Positions 16,601 through 31,111 of a stretch of 64,000 nucleotides of DNA are shown one piece after another; positions within the stretch are counted from its first letter, which is position 1, and each line of letters begins with the position of its first letter. The notes beneath the pieces are model-generated. The model was given only the letters and a program-made list of their open reading frames with translations. It made no database searches and was not told where the DNA came from. Source of the DNA: the human T2T-CHM13v2.0 reference genome, Homo sapiens. Made by a program: the position numbers and the translations under genes. The stretch lies in assembly GCF_009914755.1 (NCBI RefSeq), contig NC_060935.1, one strand, 5' to 3'.

Positions 16601-17489
16601 GCTATATCTTCTTAGATTTCAGCCTTTTACATTTTATCAATTTTTACTCTATGTTTGGAGCAAAAGTGCATCATGTTGATAAATGTGGATTAAAATCATT
16701 CTTTTAACTGCTGTATAGTATTCTATCATATGAATAGATCACATTCTGTTTATCCATTACTAGATGATTTTTGATAGCACTTGAATTTAAGAAATAGTTG
16801 AAACAAATGTAGTTCCATGACTTAAGCTCTGTTGAAAAACTAAATGGAAAATACTAAATTCACTTCAAGATACTTTGCTATATGTGTGAAAGGTGACATT
16901 AAATAATTCTGGAGGTAGGTGAAATGCAGATATTTGGGGAAGACAAGTGGGAAACATCTATGGCTTCAGGTAAGTAGGAGAATGAGCTCTGTGATGGAAC
17001 TCATAAAAAGAAAAGAGAGCCCAGGAGTGAATTTTTAGGACTCCCCAAGTGTAGGTGATAATAAGAGAAATGAGAACCCTTGAAGAGAGATTGAATGGGG
17101 ACATTTGAAATGTAGGAATGAGAAAATAATTTCTAGAACAGTATTTATTATTGCAGCAAACCACTAAGATGATGAAACTAAAACAGTGATAGATAGTCTC
17201 AGAATAAAACCTGAGTTGTAATCTCCACCCTTCCTTTCACTAGCTATGAGGCTTTGGGTTAACAAACTGGGTCTCAATTTTTACATCTGTAAATTATGTA
17301 ATAGATGGTTTCTAAGATTCCTCCTACCTATAAAATGTGATGCTTATGTGTTTTAATAAGTGGAATGTTGGTGACCTTGAGAAATCCTTGAGTAGGTTGT
17401 CAAGTCCCAGTTGTAGAATGTTTCTTTGATGTCCCAGGATATGATGCCACATCAAAAGTGAGAAAGCATACTATAGCAAGAGACATTAG

Positions 17490-17878
<389 letters not shown>

Positions 17879-19841
17879 TAATTAAACTTCAAGATTTGGT
17901 TTAACCAAGTGAACCATCTGGGATTTTTCATGTTTTGTTTGTTACATTTCTTAAAGAGAGAGATGTATGTATTAGGGATTTATTTGGAAGTAATATAGCA
18001 TTACCTAGAGTAAAGACTTCGGTTGATTCAATGTGTGTCTGCATTTCAGGAATGATAGATTAACAGAATTGTTAACTTGAGACTACTATGTAAGCTACCC
18101 ATGAATACACCTCTAGACAGTTGTAAGGGATAAATAGAGTATTTCTGGGATATTTATGATCCCATTGTTGCGTAGCCACCTGCAGAAAATGTAAATCCCC
18201 TTATTTTTCTCTAGGATACTCCTAAAGATTGTGAATTTGGAGATTTGATGTCCAAATCTGAATGCCTTCGCCATTGGAAAGTCCCTGATTCTAGACAAAG
18301 TTTCATTTTACAATTTCCTAAAAATTATGTAAAATATATACTTTGTTTTATTTAGTTAGGATCGTTTATAAGGCTAATCAAACCTGAGAAAAAATTAATG
18401 TTTGTTTTAGGTTTTATAATAAATAGAAACACAGACTAAGACATATGGCAGGAACCTGTAGTCTTTTTCAAATAGTGTACCACATCTTCCTATTCTGGAG
18501 TACATGTGACTGAATTGTGATTGAGGAAATGCCCCCAGGTCTTGGGAATCAAGAGTGAGGATTGGCAAGATGGAGAAACAGGCATACCTCTCCTAAAAAT
18601 GACCACCGTGCTACTAAAATCTGCTGTTATGTAACATTAGACAGGTGTGCCATGGACCAGGACCTGAGTGTATGAAGGCTTGCTTATTTGCACTGGGAGT
18701 AGAGCTAGCCTGGTTCCACCACAGGTGGCTTCATTCTCTGTTCCCCTCTTTGTTAGTATCACCTTCAACCCCACACTGCTGGTAGCCTGATTTCTAACTG
18801 CTTATGATTCAAAGACCCCTAAGGTTGAAAGAAGCTTTTCTCTCAGTGGGTGTTTTTATTTAATAAGAAGGGGGAAAAAACACACCAGTTTGCTTGTGGG
18901 TGGTATTCTTCACAAGGTTGCAGCTAGCATTTGGTTTCCATTTATCACTCTCAGTTGCCCACGTGGTTATGCTGGCCTTTATGCTGTTTGTAGTAAATTT
19001 TTTTTTACTTGTGATTGGCCATTTTCTGTTAGAAGGTCATGGTGGAATGGACCAGAGAACTTCTGAACACAAATACGGCGTACTTTACATTTTAGCATTT
19101 GATGATTGTAATACATCCTTATCGGTAATATTTTCCAAAGTAGGTTTATAACACTTTGCACACTTCAGAAGTGGGGCTTATGAATATTAAATACTTGTTA
19201 ATGGTCAGATGAAGATACTGATTGGTAGAATATAAATCAAAATCATTAATTTCAGAGAATGCTTAGTCAGCAGAAACCATCTACCTCTTCAGAGTATACT
19301 TCAGGAAGACATTGGAACTAATGCTAAGAAAAGCTCAGGCATGCAATGCATGCAGTATAGTTCAGTTTGGATGGACTTTTGCATAATGAATAAAATATAT
19401 AAGCTGAAAGACTAGGAGAGAATTGCTTTCTCAAATTTACTGGATATTTTGTAAAATCATGATTTCTTATATTTACTAATCTTTCCTGCTTAAAGATAAG
19501 TGGAAAATAAGAAAATTGGGAGAAAACAGATTATCTTGAAACCATGATTTTTATTTATGTAACTTTTAAGGGAACATATATATATATGTATGTATAGTAA
19601 ATCACAACTCTAGTACTCTTTCTTCTTTTGTATTTAATAGTGAATATTTCTCAGAGCCCACATCCAAAGCCTAACCCATCTATAAAAGTCTGCTGGCCTT
19701 ACCTATAAATTAATAAATAAACATTGATTTTAAGATTTAAACAAGTGGAAAGGAAGGTGCAGAAAATGGTAATGGTGATGACACAAAATAAGGTTGAAAA
19801 GTTATGAAGGAACCAGATCATGGAGGGCTTTTTATGCTTAT

Positions 19842-20261
19842 TGTATTTGTTTTCTATTGCTGCTATAACACATTACTATAAACTTAATGGCTTAAAGCAA
19901 TGCCTACTTAGTATAATCACAGTCCTGTGGGACAGAAGTCTGGGCACAGTGTGACTCAGCTGGGTTCTCTGCTTAGGGTCTCACAAGGCCAAAATCAATG
20001 TGTCTGCAGGGCTGTTTTCTATATCAGAGGCTCTGGAGGAGAATCTCTTTGCAGGTACAGTCAGAATGGTGGCAGAATTCTCTTCTTTCTTATACTTTTC
20101 ATGTGTGCCATCTTCAAACCAGCAATGGTGTGTCAGGTTCTGGTGCTTTGAGTCTCTCTGACTTCCTCTTTTGCTACTAGTTGGAAAAACTCTGTTTTTG
20201 AAGGCTCATATGATTAGATTAGGCCTACCCAGATATGGGAGCCAAAATTCTGCTTACCACA
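19842..20261 (-). mobile_element. MLT1-type solo LTR (MaLR)
   Basis: TGTATTTGTTTTCTATTGCTGCTATAACA...TTCTGCTTACCACA, with TG...CA termini. Confidence 0.7.
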
Positions 20262-21595
20262 ATCATGTTGAAGAGTTAGGACTTTATTTTGATGGGTATT
20301 ACGTGATTTTAAGTAGAGGAGTGATGTGATACAATTTGTGCTTTATAACAAACCCTGTGGCTATCATAAAGACAAGGATTGTCTTGGGGCCACCCTGAGG
20401 TCGTGGAAAGCCATCAGCTATTTTAAGAAGAAAGGGATTTCATACAGTGAATAAAGTGCTTACAAAATCTGTGGAAGGGCTGGAGGAGCAGACTTAGGCC
20501 TCCTCTCTAGGATTGACTCTGGAGTAGTACCATGGAACTGGCCCACCAAGGGCACTGCGCACCTTTGTAAGGAATCAGGGAAAGGGAAAATCAGCAAGCT
20601 GCTGTCCCTGGTGCTGATCACACCACTTTAGCTGTGATCTGGAGATCAGCAAGCTGCTGCTGGGGTCCTTGACTCTAGAAACAGACTGCTTGAACTGTGT
20701 GATCTAGTCATTTGGAAGCCTCTACCCAAACTGTTTCCACACTCTATCTACTAGATCTACTGCCTCTCTCCAGGGCTGTGACTGATAGAAGCTAAATCTC
20801 ATTGGCAAGAGAGTGTGGGAAATGTATTTTTCAGCTTTTCAGTCTTGGTAGTACAGGAAGGCCTACCAGGAGGAGGTTGAAACAGATATTGAGAAAGCTC
20901 ATCTAGTTTATGCAGCCACAAAAAATTGTAGCAATCTAGGTTATTAATTACAGTGGCCTGAATTTGTGAGGTGGGTGAACAAGAGAAATGCAGATAGATT
21001 GATGGGATACGTAGGAAGATAATGAGTGGGAAGTGGTAATTGATTGAATGTGGTAATTGATTGAATTGATTGAATTGGAGAAGAGATAGGAGAGAAAGAA
21101 ATAAGAATGACTGTTCACTTTCTGGCTAGGATAATTAGATAGTTTCCAGTGCCACTTACTGAGATACGAAAGACTAGAAGAGAACACAGCTGGGGAGTGG
21201 CAATTATTTTTGAACCTATTGATTTTGAGAAAACTGAGACTTCAGAGTGTCTGAATTTATAGGTCATTTAATTTTTAGATGTACTTGCCCATTTATGGAA
21301 GGTAGGCTAATTTCTGAATGTAGGTCATAATTTTGTGTACAAATATGTTTATGGTTGAGATTAATTCAATTGGCTATAATGTCAAGTATAAATGAGTCTA
21401 GGAGTATACAGTTGTTACTATGTTTTAGTTTTATATTTAGATTCAGGGCTTATCCCTAGTTCTTTAATCTCACTGTTGAGTAGTGGGGTTTTGTTTTTGT
21501 TTTTGTTTTTTACCAGAAGGACTCATGGTGCTCTGTTTCTTATTTCTCATTTTAGAATATCTGCTTGTTAAATTTATTTCTGAAAAAAAACTTGG

Positions 21596-21960
21596 TGCCT
21601 TAGTTCATTTTGTGTTGCTATAACAATACCACAGACTTGGTAATTTATAAAGAAAATACATTTATTTCTCAGTTCTGCAGGCTAGAAAGTCCAATATCAG
21701 GGTGCCAGCATCTGGCTGTGGCTTTTCTACTGTATCATCCCATGATGGAAGGAGGAATGACAAGAGAGCAAGAGAGGGCTGAACTCACTTTACCAGGATA
21801 ACGGGCGGACTCCCTCTATAACAGCGTTAGTCTATTCATGAAGGCAGAGCCCTTGTGACCTAGTCGCCTCTAAAAGGTGCCCCCTGTCAGCACTGTTGCA
21901 CTGGGTATTAAGTTTCCAGCACATGAGCTTGGTGAGGGGGAGCACATTCAAACCAAAGCA
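21596..21960 (-). mobile_element. MST/MLT1A-type solo LTR (MaLR)
   Basis: TGCCTTAGTTCATTTTGTGTTGCTATAACA...CACATTCAAACCAAAGCA. Confidence 0.75.
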
Positions 21961-22733
21961 CTAGGTTAGGTATAATAATTTTGGGCCATTCTTTCTGATT
22001 CATTTATTTGGGTCTGTGGTGGTGGTGGTTTGCTCCTCAGTTTGTTTCTTTAGCTCTACAGTCTCCATTTTCATCTCATTCTGCAGTTTATCATTTGTCT
22101 TTGAGCGCTGGTTTTTATATTCAAGTACTTACTAATTTCTAGACTTTTGAGTTTTGTGGAGTGTTTTCTTTTTCTTCAGTTGTGTTTTCTTTCAAATTGA
22201 GTTCTGCCTCTGTCTTTTACTTATTATGTGTTCCTCTCCTTTATTCTTTTTGCTGTGATATGCGCTCAGTTGCCATTTTGTGTCTCATTATCTTGCTTGT
22301 GCTTGAAGTGGTCACTTGTCTTCATGTCATCTCTTTGTTGAAATGTAGTATGAGTAAATTCTCTTTGTCCACTTTGACATTGTTTCTTTTGTTACTCCTA
22401 GGCAAAATTTGAGAGCTAGGGTATTACAATTTTACTTTTCCATAGTCTGAAGGTAAAACATCTCTAGAGTTGGGTTCAGTTCTTATTTGACCACTGGGTT
22501 CTGCTGTCTTTTCTGAGATTTTGTTAAATTTTCATAACCTAGTTTCAGTTATTTGAAGGCATATACTAGGATATGGGGTGGGGAAAAGATACCCCTAGAC
22601 TTTGAATCATCTTACCTTTTCAGTTTAGAGCCTTGGAAAATTTCAAGTCCTGGCAGCTTTGTCTTTGTTTGTTTTGCTTTGTTTTGTTTTATTTGCCTTT
22701 GCTAAAATCCTTACATCCTGAAGTCCCACCTAA

Positions 22734-23082
<349 letters not shown>

Positions 23083-23414
23083 AATCTTATATTTTTTAAT
23101 GGTTGTGTGTGCTTTAAAATAAGCTTCAGAGCAGCAGTATTTTATTTGTTTATGAACATAGAATTTACAAAGTGTTTACTCATTTGTTATTTTATTTGGT
23201 TCTTATGACTGTCTTATACAGTAGGAAGGGCAGAAATTATTCCTAATTTTACTAATGAGGAAATTGAGATCCAAAAAGACAGTGAGTTGCCAAGTCACAC
23301 AGCTAATTATAAAATGGAGTCAAGACCCTGAAGACAGAGCCAGGGCTATTTTTACATATTCCCTGTTACTCCACTTATTGGAAATGATTACTTCCATCTC
23401 TAAGCACAGCAATC

Positions 23415-23551
23415 TTTTTTTTTCTTTTTTCTTTTAAGAGGTGAGGTCTTGCTATGTTGTCCATGCTGGTCACACTCCTGGGCTCAAGTGATTCTTCCCC
23501 TTGGGCTTCCCAAGGTGCTAGGATTCTAGGTGTGAGCCACCACACCTGGCC
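23415..23551 (-). mobile_element. FLAM-type Alu monomer
   Basis: Single left-arm monomer with T-tract. Confidence 0.8.
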
Positions 23552-24523
23552 ACAGTGGTCTTACTGTATGTTTAATGCACCCACAAACCTTATTATGACA
23601 CTGATTTTAACTGAGTTAAAGCTGAAAGTGGTGTGGAGGAAGTAGGGGGATAATTTTATGTGACTTGTATTCTGATCCTTAATTAAAGTGACTTCGTTGT
23701 ATCTTGGTTTTAATAAAACTAATATTAATTTTTTTCAGCATTTTTTCCCTTTCTGGTACGTAGGAAACTTGTAAGTGTCCTTGATAAAATCAGATCTAGA
23801 TCCTCCAGGGCTGGCAGTGCAGACAAGATTTTCTCTATGGGAAACATGACTTTGTGGGCCCTATTCTCATCTCTGTAATTCACTTTCCTCTTGGTATCTT
23901 TTCCTTTGTATTCCTTCCTTGATCAAGAAACATGTATCCCTTACTTACCACTTTTTTCCAAGAATGTATTCTTAATTCTTCCATAAATTCTGTGTATTAC
24001 ACCTGAAATTAGATTGGAACGTTCAAACAAGGCATCTCTGAAAGAGCTTGGTTAATTAGTAACAAAGAACTACATGTTTTTGTTTATAAGTTATGGCTTC
24101 TCCAGGCCTCAGAAACTGCTGGCCTCCTTCCATCTTTCCATCTATTCCCAAGGGGTACATGCCTAGATACCTGCCCTTCTTGATGATGACACCCAAGAAA
24201 GCAAGTTCTACAGAGAGATTGAACTTCTATTGTCTTTATAGTGTCTACTTTTCTAGGTTCCATTTTTTTCCTAAGCCTGTTCTTATGTAATAATTGATTA
24301 ACAGTAGGCATAGTGACCATCTTCAGGAAAAATGATTCCCCAGTTTTACTGTGGCCTCCCTAGGGCACTCATATTAGATCACAGAGTCCATAGGAGTCAT
24401 GTGATAGAATAAGATTTTTTAAAGATGTTGAGCCTAGTAATATTGTTTATCTGTAGTTGGGAAGAAGTCCACAGTACATGTGCTAGTAGTTTAAGCTGAC
24501 AGTGTTGTTTTTAATCCTTCTAG

Positions 24524-24842
24524 GTATCATGAACTGATCACTAAATATGGGAAGTTGGAGCCTTTGGCAGAAGTGGACCTAAGACCCCAGAGCAGTGCAA
24601 AAGTAGAAGTCCACTTTAACGATCAGGTGGAAGAAATGAGCATTCGTCTGGACCAAACAGTGGCAGAACTAAAGAAACAGTTAAAAACTCTAGTACAATT
24701 ACCCACAAGCAACATGCTTCTCTACTATTTTGACCATGAAGCACCCTTTGGCCCAGAGGAAATGAAGTACAGCTCTCGGGCATTGCATTCCTTTGGCATT
24801 AGGGATGGAGATAAAATTTACGTGGAATCCAAAACAAAATAA
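24524..24842 (+). CDS. TBCEL: TBCEL (tubulin folding cofactor E-like) last coding exon, C-terminal ubiquitin-like domain
   Basis: Acceptor TTAATCCTTCTAG|G, then [22 protein letters not shown]...[16 protein letters not shown]-stop (TAA 24840-24842). Confidence 0.95.
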
Positions 24843-27333
24843 CCTCTACCAGCCTTGTGAAAAACATACACATAAGGACTTGTTGCAGGGCATTTGTTTT
24901 TAATGTGGTTTTCTTTAGGAGGGAGAGGTTGTTTTTGTTTTGTTTTGTTCTGTTTAGGTTTGGGAAGGATTTTGTATATTTTTCCCCCTGGAGTGAGTAG
25001 GGGCCATTTTTGGGTGTTTTCTACCACAGATTGATTTGGCTCAGCCAGCGGAATTGGCCACATTTCCAGTGTATGTGCCCTCTCTAAGGAAAGATGACAA
25101 AGAAATCACCGACTTCTTACTGTGTTCACTGGGATTTGCCTGCCACTTGGTTATCATTACTGTTGGGTGAACCTGTGAAGATAACATGAACACTGTAGCC
25201 CCTTAGAAGGGTCTCATAGAGAATTTAAACAGGGTGACAAGGAATCTTCACAGGAAGGGCCAGAACTTCTCTCTCCCAGTTCTTCCTTCCGCTACCCTCC
25301 CTCCTTGGCTTTTTTGGTTCAGTTCCATTTTTTTTTCATTTTGACATGTGGTTTACCTAATAGTTTTGTTCTGTTCATAATTCTTATTTCTCAACCTGGG
25401 TGATTTTTTTGTTCTCATTTCTCCCTTTTGAAATAATTGAAAGTGTTTTAAGCATTTTTAACCTGATTCTAATCTCAGGTACGCAGTAAGAAGCTATAAC
25501 TCTGTTAGAACCTCGAAGAGTAGATGTAGAATGAAAACTCCAGGAAAACTTGCAGTTATTCTGGAAGCACCGGCAGAACAGTCTGATCTCTTTGTATGTT
25601 ACTAACTCACTTTTAATGTCCCTGTACATTATGTCAGCCATTACTTTCATAACATGAAATATGTCAGATTCCAGAGTTCTTTTATTTTTGCTTATTGAAT
25701 GTATTTCCTCATATCTTTCTTTTTCATTACTTTAAACTATTGGGAATTGAGGCCTGACTTCATAAATAATTCAATAGAGTCCTGGATACGTGCACCAGGA
25801 GAGTTGAGAATTAGCTCATAAACTATCTGTGGTGTGTGTGGGGAATGAAGTTGGGGGATGTGGGGGAAGAGCTTATGACTTTCCCACCTGTGTCATCCAT
25901 TGGAAGCCCTTGCTCTTGCACTTTGCATTAAAAGTGGGAAACATTAATCAAAGGGAGATTTTATTCCCAGGTTTTCCCTGGGACTTTGTGATATCATAAT
26001 TGAACAGTTCTTTTGTTTTACATTTCAATTTAGTTGCCTCATAGAAGTATAACTGCCCAATCTATGAGTAAAGTGTAAGTGTCAAAACTTTACAATTGCC
26101 TCCAAGTCATATTTTTTGCAGAAGCACATTTAAAGCACTTTTCTGTAAAAGCTAGTTCCTTACCTGCTTGGAAATCTTTTTGTTTGTTCTTCTATTCCTT
26201 TGTTAATCAGATGTAATCCCTTTCTTTAATGTGTATTTTTCTTGGTCCACCATGTTTACAGGTGGGAGACTTGAGAGATACTTAGCATAACTGGGGCAGA
26301 AAGTGTGTAAGTGAAGTATTTTTCAAAGAATGCAGTTATTATCTGATTGCATTTGACCTTTTGACCTTTGTTACATAATTCTACCCCTCCTACAAATTTA
26401 ATTTTTTTATGAAATTTTTAGGTGACTTGTAAATTCTTCATGTATGAGGAGTTGTGTTTATTAATGCTACTTTTTAAATTTTCCTGTGCCATGTGGCAGA
26501 TGTTTATTCTCTTAATGCACTTCAGGTTTGCTATCTGTAAAGCCTTTGACCCAGGCCTACTGAGTCAAATCTACATTCAGTGTAACATTAAAGGTGGAAA
26601 CCAAAGGGTTTGAGAAAGACGAATAAGGCCTATTCTCCTTCTGCTGCAGACTTTATCTTTCAAAATCATAAAAATGAGCAATGGAGATCCAGGCTGGGTA
26701 TAGACAAGAATAATTATTTTGCAAACACATTTTCCTGACAGATTTTTGGAAGTAGGAAAAAAGTATGGCAACAGTGTCATGAAGATTGAAACTGTAGGTG
26801 CTTTGTGTATGTATGCATGAGTGCAGATGAGTTTGAGAGAGAAAAAGTGTAATTGAGCCCTTTGCTTTTGTCAGCCTGGGAAACAGATGCGTTCTTATTT
26901 TTTGAAGTTGTGTGACCCTGGACTGTCCCACAGCAGAAGGCAGAACAAACACTTATGTTATGCTTTAATCATAAGTGGAATGGTCACAATTAATAAGATA
27001 TTTTATATATGGCAAAGTTTTATGAAATGCTTTTTTACTATTAGAGACCTGTTTCTTCTGTTATTACAGAACACAGTGTTTATCAACTGCGGACATAATT
27101 CTTTTATTATACAGTTGCATGTAAAGGGAGCTTCTCATTTAATTCAGCGGATGTGGGTATTTTTAGGGCATTGTAATTGATGGTTTTAATAATTGCTGAA
27201 TAATTTTTGATTAAGAGAAAAATGTAATACAATTACTGGTCTGAGTTACAGAACAGAAGTTAATGAAAAAGGCTATTTGAGCATGTGTACTTATAGATTC
27301 ATTTGGGTGGCTGAGAAAAGATGCTGCTTTTGA

Positions 27334-27339
27334 AATAAA
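27334..27339 (+). terminator. Candidate proximal poly(A) signal AATAAA
   Basis: Canonical hexamer within the UTR. Confidence 0.55.
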
Positions 27340-28500
27340 ATTGGTGCTGTGTAGACACTTGTAACCAAAATTATTTTTATAACAGAACTAAAAGAAGGAG
27401 AGAAGAGGCCATGGACCTTTGAGTTTACATGTTATACCTAATTGATTGTCTGCAGCTTATCTGTATTTTAATATTGACTTTGTCCAGATTCAGTGAGAAC
27501 ATAGTATTGACATTATGAGGCAAAATGCTGTCATAGCCAGTATTACTGATATGTTGCTACAGACACAATGTATAGAACATACCTTTTCTAAAATAGGAAT
27601 TATTTCCAGTTATGAAAAAGGAAAAGAGTAATAAAGAAAACCAAATCAAAACCAAGGGATCCTTTCTACATGTGGGTGAACGGCTGCTAAAGCCACAGTA
27701 GAAACCAATTTTTGAATTTGAATTGTTGAAATATCCTAGATTGCTTTAATGGAAAAAATCCAGAGTCACATATCTTTTTTATTATCAAGTTTTTGCAGCC
27801 TTTTGCCAGCATTGCCATAAATACGTAAGAAAGCAGCAGATAGTATAAGCCCCTAGTTATTAAGACTTCTCAGTTAATATTAAGGCCAAAATATAACTTG
27901 AGCTAGGTATAACAGGGCTGAATGCTACAGTGTTGTTTTTAAAGATTTTGCTTATTTTTAAAGACAGGAAAATTCAGTTCTAACCAGATGTTCCAGCTAT
28001 GTTACTCAACCAGCAGTGGTAGGAGCAGAGAGCACTTGCACTAAGAGCTGATCACCATTTGAGATACGCGGCTTAACGCACATGTGAGTGTAGCTTGCTA
28101 CATGAAAATGCTAGGCTCTAGGGCATGTAAAACATGAATACAGAATACTAGATTGTTCTAAGTAATGTCATTTCGGTTTGTGAATTTGATTTTTCCCTTC
28201 ATTTCATGTCATATTGAAAATGCAAACAAACTGCTCTCAAGAACACCCAGAAGCTATCTGTGTTACCAGATGTGTTGTGAACACTCTACTATTTTTCATA
28301 GGTGCTTCCTTGAAATATATGTCCATTGTAGTGGTGGAGAGGGACTGGACTCTCTCAGGCTCTTTACTTGCCAGTTGTCTCCCGCAGTTAATGGAAATAT
28401 ATATACATATATATATATATTTTATTTAGAATATAATTTAAACATGAAGGTCTATTCTTTGCACTTTTTATTAATATATATATAGATAATCTTTAAAAAA

Positions 28501-28506
28501 ATTAAA
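28501..28506 (+). terminator. Candidate distal poly(A) signal ATTAAA
   Basis: Variant hexamer followed by a GU/U-rich tract (TCTTTGTGTTCTGATTTTTTTT). Confidence 0.55.
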
Positions 28507-30701
28507 ATTCAAGTCCATTTTATCTTTGTGTTCTGATTTTTTTTCTGGAGTGTGGGGTCAAGGTATGTGTTTATTTTTATATAGCTAAAAAGGTTCATTG
28601 GTTCTGTGGTTGAGTTCTCTGGAGGATTGGCCCAAACTAGTAAAAGTCTGACCATTTTGACAAATTTAATTGGAATTTTGCCAGAGTTGAAAACTACAAA
28701 ACAAAGATTCATAAGAAACGTGTTATGGCTTTTCTGTTAGCAAAATCTTATACTTCTGACATGCTGTTTATACTCCTTTTTTATCCTTTGAGGATAAACC
28801 CTCTCGAGATATTTGGCATCACCTTTTATGAGTAAGATTGAAAAATCTCATTTGTTGAAATTAAAATTTGCCAGTTCTTATTCAGGGGCTGCTTTTTTCC
28901 TTAGAAAAATAGTTTTTTATAAGTATTAGAATTTTGTACATTTGAACCCTGCTTGCTTATCAATAATTTCTTGGTAAGCCATTATGAATTAACCTTGCAC
29001 CAAGGATTAAAGTCTAAGGACTATACTTTATATCTGTATTTAAGAGACAGAGTCCATTCACTTCTCTTTCAATGCCTCAGAAATACATAAGTATCATGAC
29101 CTGTTTAAGATTATTTCTGCCTGCTATTCAAATTTCAAAGAATTGTAATTTAAGCCTCTGTGCTACATTTTATTTAATTACTATTTAGTATGAGCTTCTT
29201 TTGAGTTCCTGCAAAGTAGACATGTATCAAGACATCCAATTACTATTGGACTGGAAAATGCTGTGACTTCCTCTAGTTATTAGAATGCATTTAAAACAAG
29301 AAGGTTGACTTCTGAAGTCACATTTCTCTTTCAGTTCTTCTCTGGAAAAGAAGTTCCTGTTTGGTCTTTACAACAACCCTACGAGGTCGACACTCTTATC
29401 TCCATTTTCTTACTAGTGAGGAAGTTGATGCACAGATAGGTTAAGTAATACCAAAAGTCACATGGCTGGTAAATGACAAGACCGGGATGCCAACCCAAGC
29501 AGTTTGGTTGCAGAACCCATGCACTGACAGCTGTACTGTAGTGCTGACTGCTAAAGTTCCCCAGCACACACCTTTATTGTTAGTCTTCCTTTTCATGGAA
29601 AAACTAAAATGACATGTCCTCAATATCCATTTACTAAATTGATTGGCTCTGTAACAGAATCACTGATGTGGCTGATAGCTCTAGATCCAGACTGGAATTT
29701 GCCCTCTGTTTTCCAGAATTGTGAAATTGTGGTTGGGACATACCTGTTGCCCTCCCTTCTCTGAAATGCCATATTGGACACAGGATGGGTGTTACTCACA
29801 ATAATAAATGAACAAGTAATGTGACCCAAAGAGACTGATGATTTATTTTTTAACCTCAGGACATTCTAGAGCCCTAAAACTGGTTTCAGCAGATAGCCAA
29901 AGGTGAGAGAGATCACTCAGTTCCAACTCAGACTTTTATCAAGGAGGCATAATGTTCCAAGTGAACTTAAAATGGGCGTTTATTGAGGAAAAACAATAAT
30001 CTAATGTTCCAGGAGCCATTATCAAAGGTTTTGTTATTGGAAAGGATGAGGCAGTCACGCTACTGTTCCTCCTTAAAATTCAAGAGAGAGCCTTGTAAAG
30101 AATATAAATATTACTTTAAAAATAGAGGAGACAGCTTTTCTGTTATGGTCTGCAAGATCTAGATCTGTCTAAAAAAAAAAAGACAATGCAATTTCATTTC
30201 ATCAGATCATTCCGACTTGTCATCCTTGAATGCTTCTTAGTTACCTAAGTAACACAATTAAGGTGTTAAATAAATAAGAATGAGACTAGGGGAAGCAGAC
30301 ATCAAATAATACAGACTAAAGAGAAAAATGTTTTCTGAAATATTTGATACATTTGAGGGCAGATGTAAGCTTTATTCCATTGTTAGGGAATACAACTAGG
30401 ACAATAGGAACTGTCTTGGTTGTGTTAAAATTTTGTTTGCTTTAAATTTAAATTTCATTTTTCCATTACCTCATGCATTTTGAGGATCCTGTTATGGACA
30501 ACATTACCATTTTCAGGGAGAATGTAAGTATAGCCTTAGATGTAATCACCTTAATGAGCTAGATCTAGGAGGTTAGACATTATTCAATCGGTGGATAAGT
30601 GGTAGAAACATCTGCATTACAGAACTATCTGGACTCCATGGTAGATCATACAATGAAGCAAAACAGTTGTAGAGGGCCTGTAAATTTATCAAAGACACCA
30701 A

Positions 30702-31111
30702 TGTCACAGATTCTGTTGTCCAGGAAGCAGATGCTAAGGTGGAGTTGGGAGTGCAGAAAATTTGCTGGGGAGTAACACCTGTGAAGGAACAGGGGAAGAA
30801 GTAGAGTTGAGCAGGATGGACCATCAGACCGTGCTACAGACCTAAATCAGTCAGCCCAATAGGATGCTCTGGAGCAAAGATTTTCCATTAGATAAGTCCT
30901 GCCTTGGCCAGAAATGGTCAGGACCCTTTACCAATGCTTTTCTCAATCATTGATTTGGGAATGCTTCAAGAACATAATCTCAGCTTGAACACTGATAGAG
31001 ATGCTAAAGGAGCCAATAGTTGGAAGCTGTCGGCTAACCGTACACCTTGTAGCTGGAAATCATCCCTTTTCTGAGGGTGGATCTGAGTTGTGCAACTTAG
31101 TGTCTGCCACG
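30702..31111 (-). mobile_element. 3' LTR (LTR16-type)
   Basis: Minus strand GTGGCAGACAC...TCTGTGACA, preceded by ERV-L PPT-like GGAGTGGAC. Confidence 0.75.

Larger units (their letters stand above)
24843..28525 (+). other. TBCEL: TBCEL long 3'UTR (end approximate)
   Basis: Repeat-free AU-rich sequence after the stop codon, ending near poly(A) signals. Confidence 0.65.
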
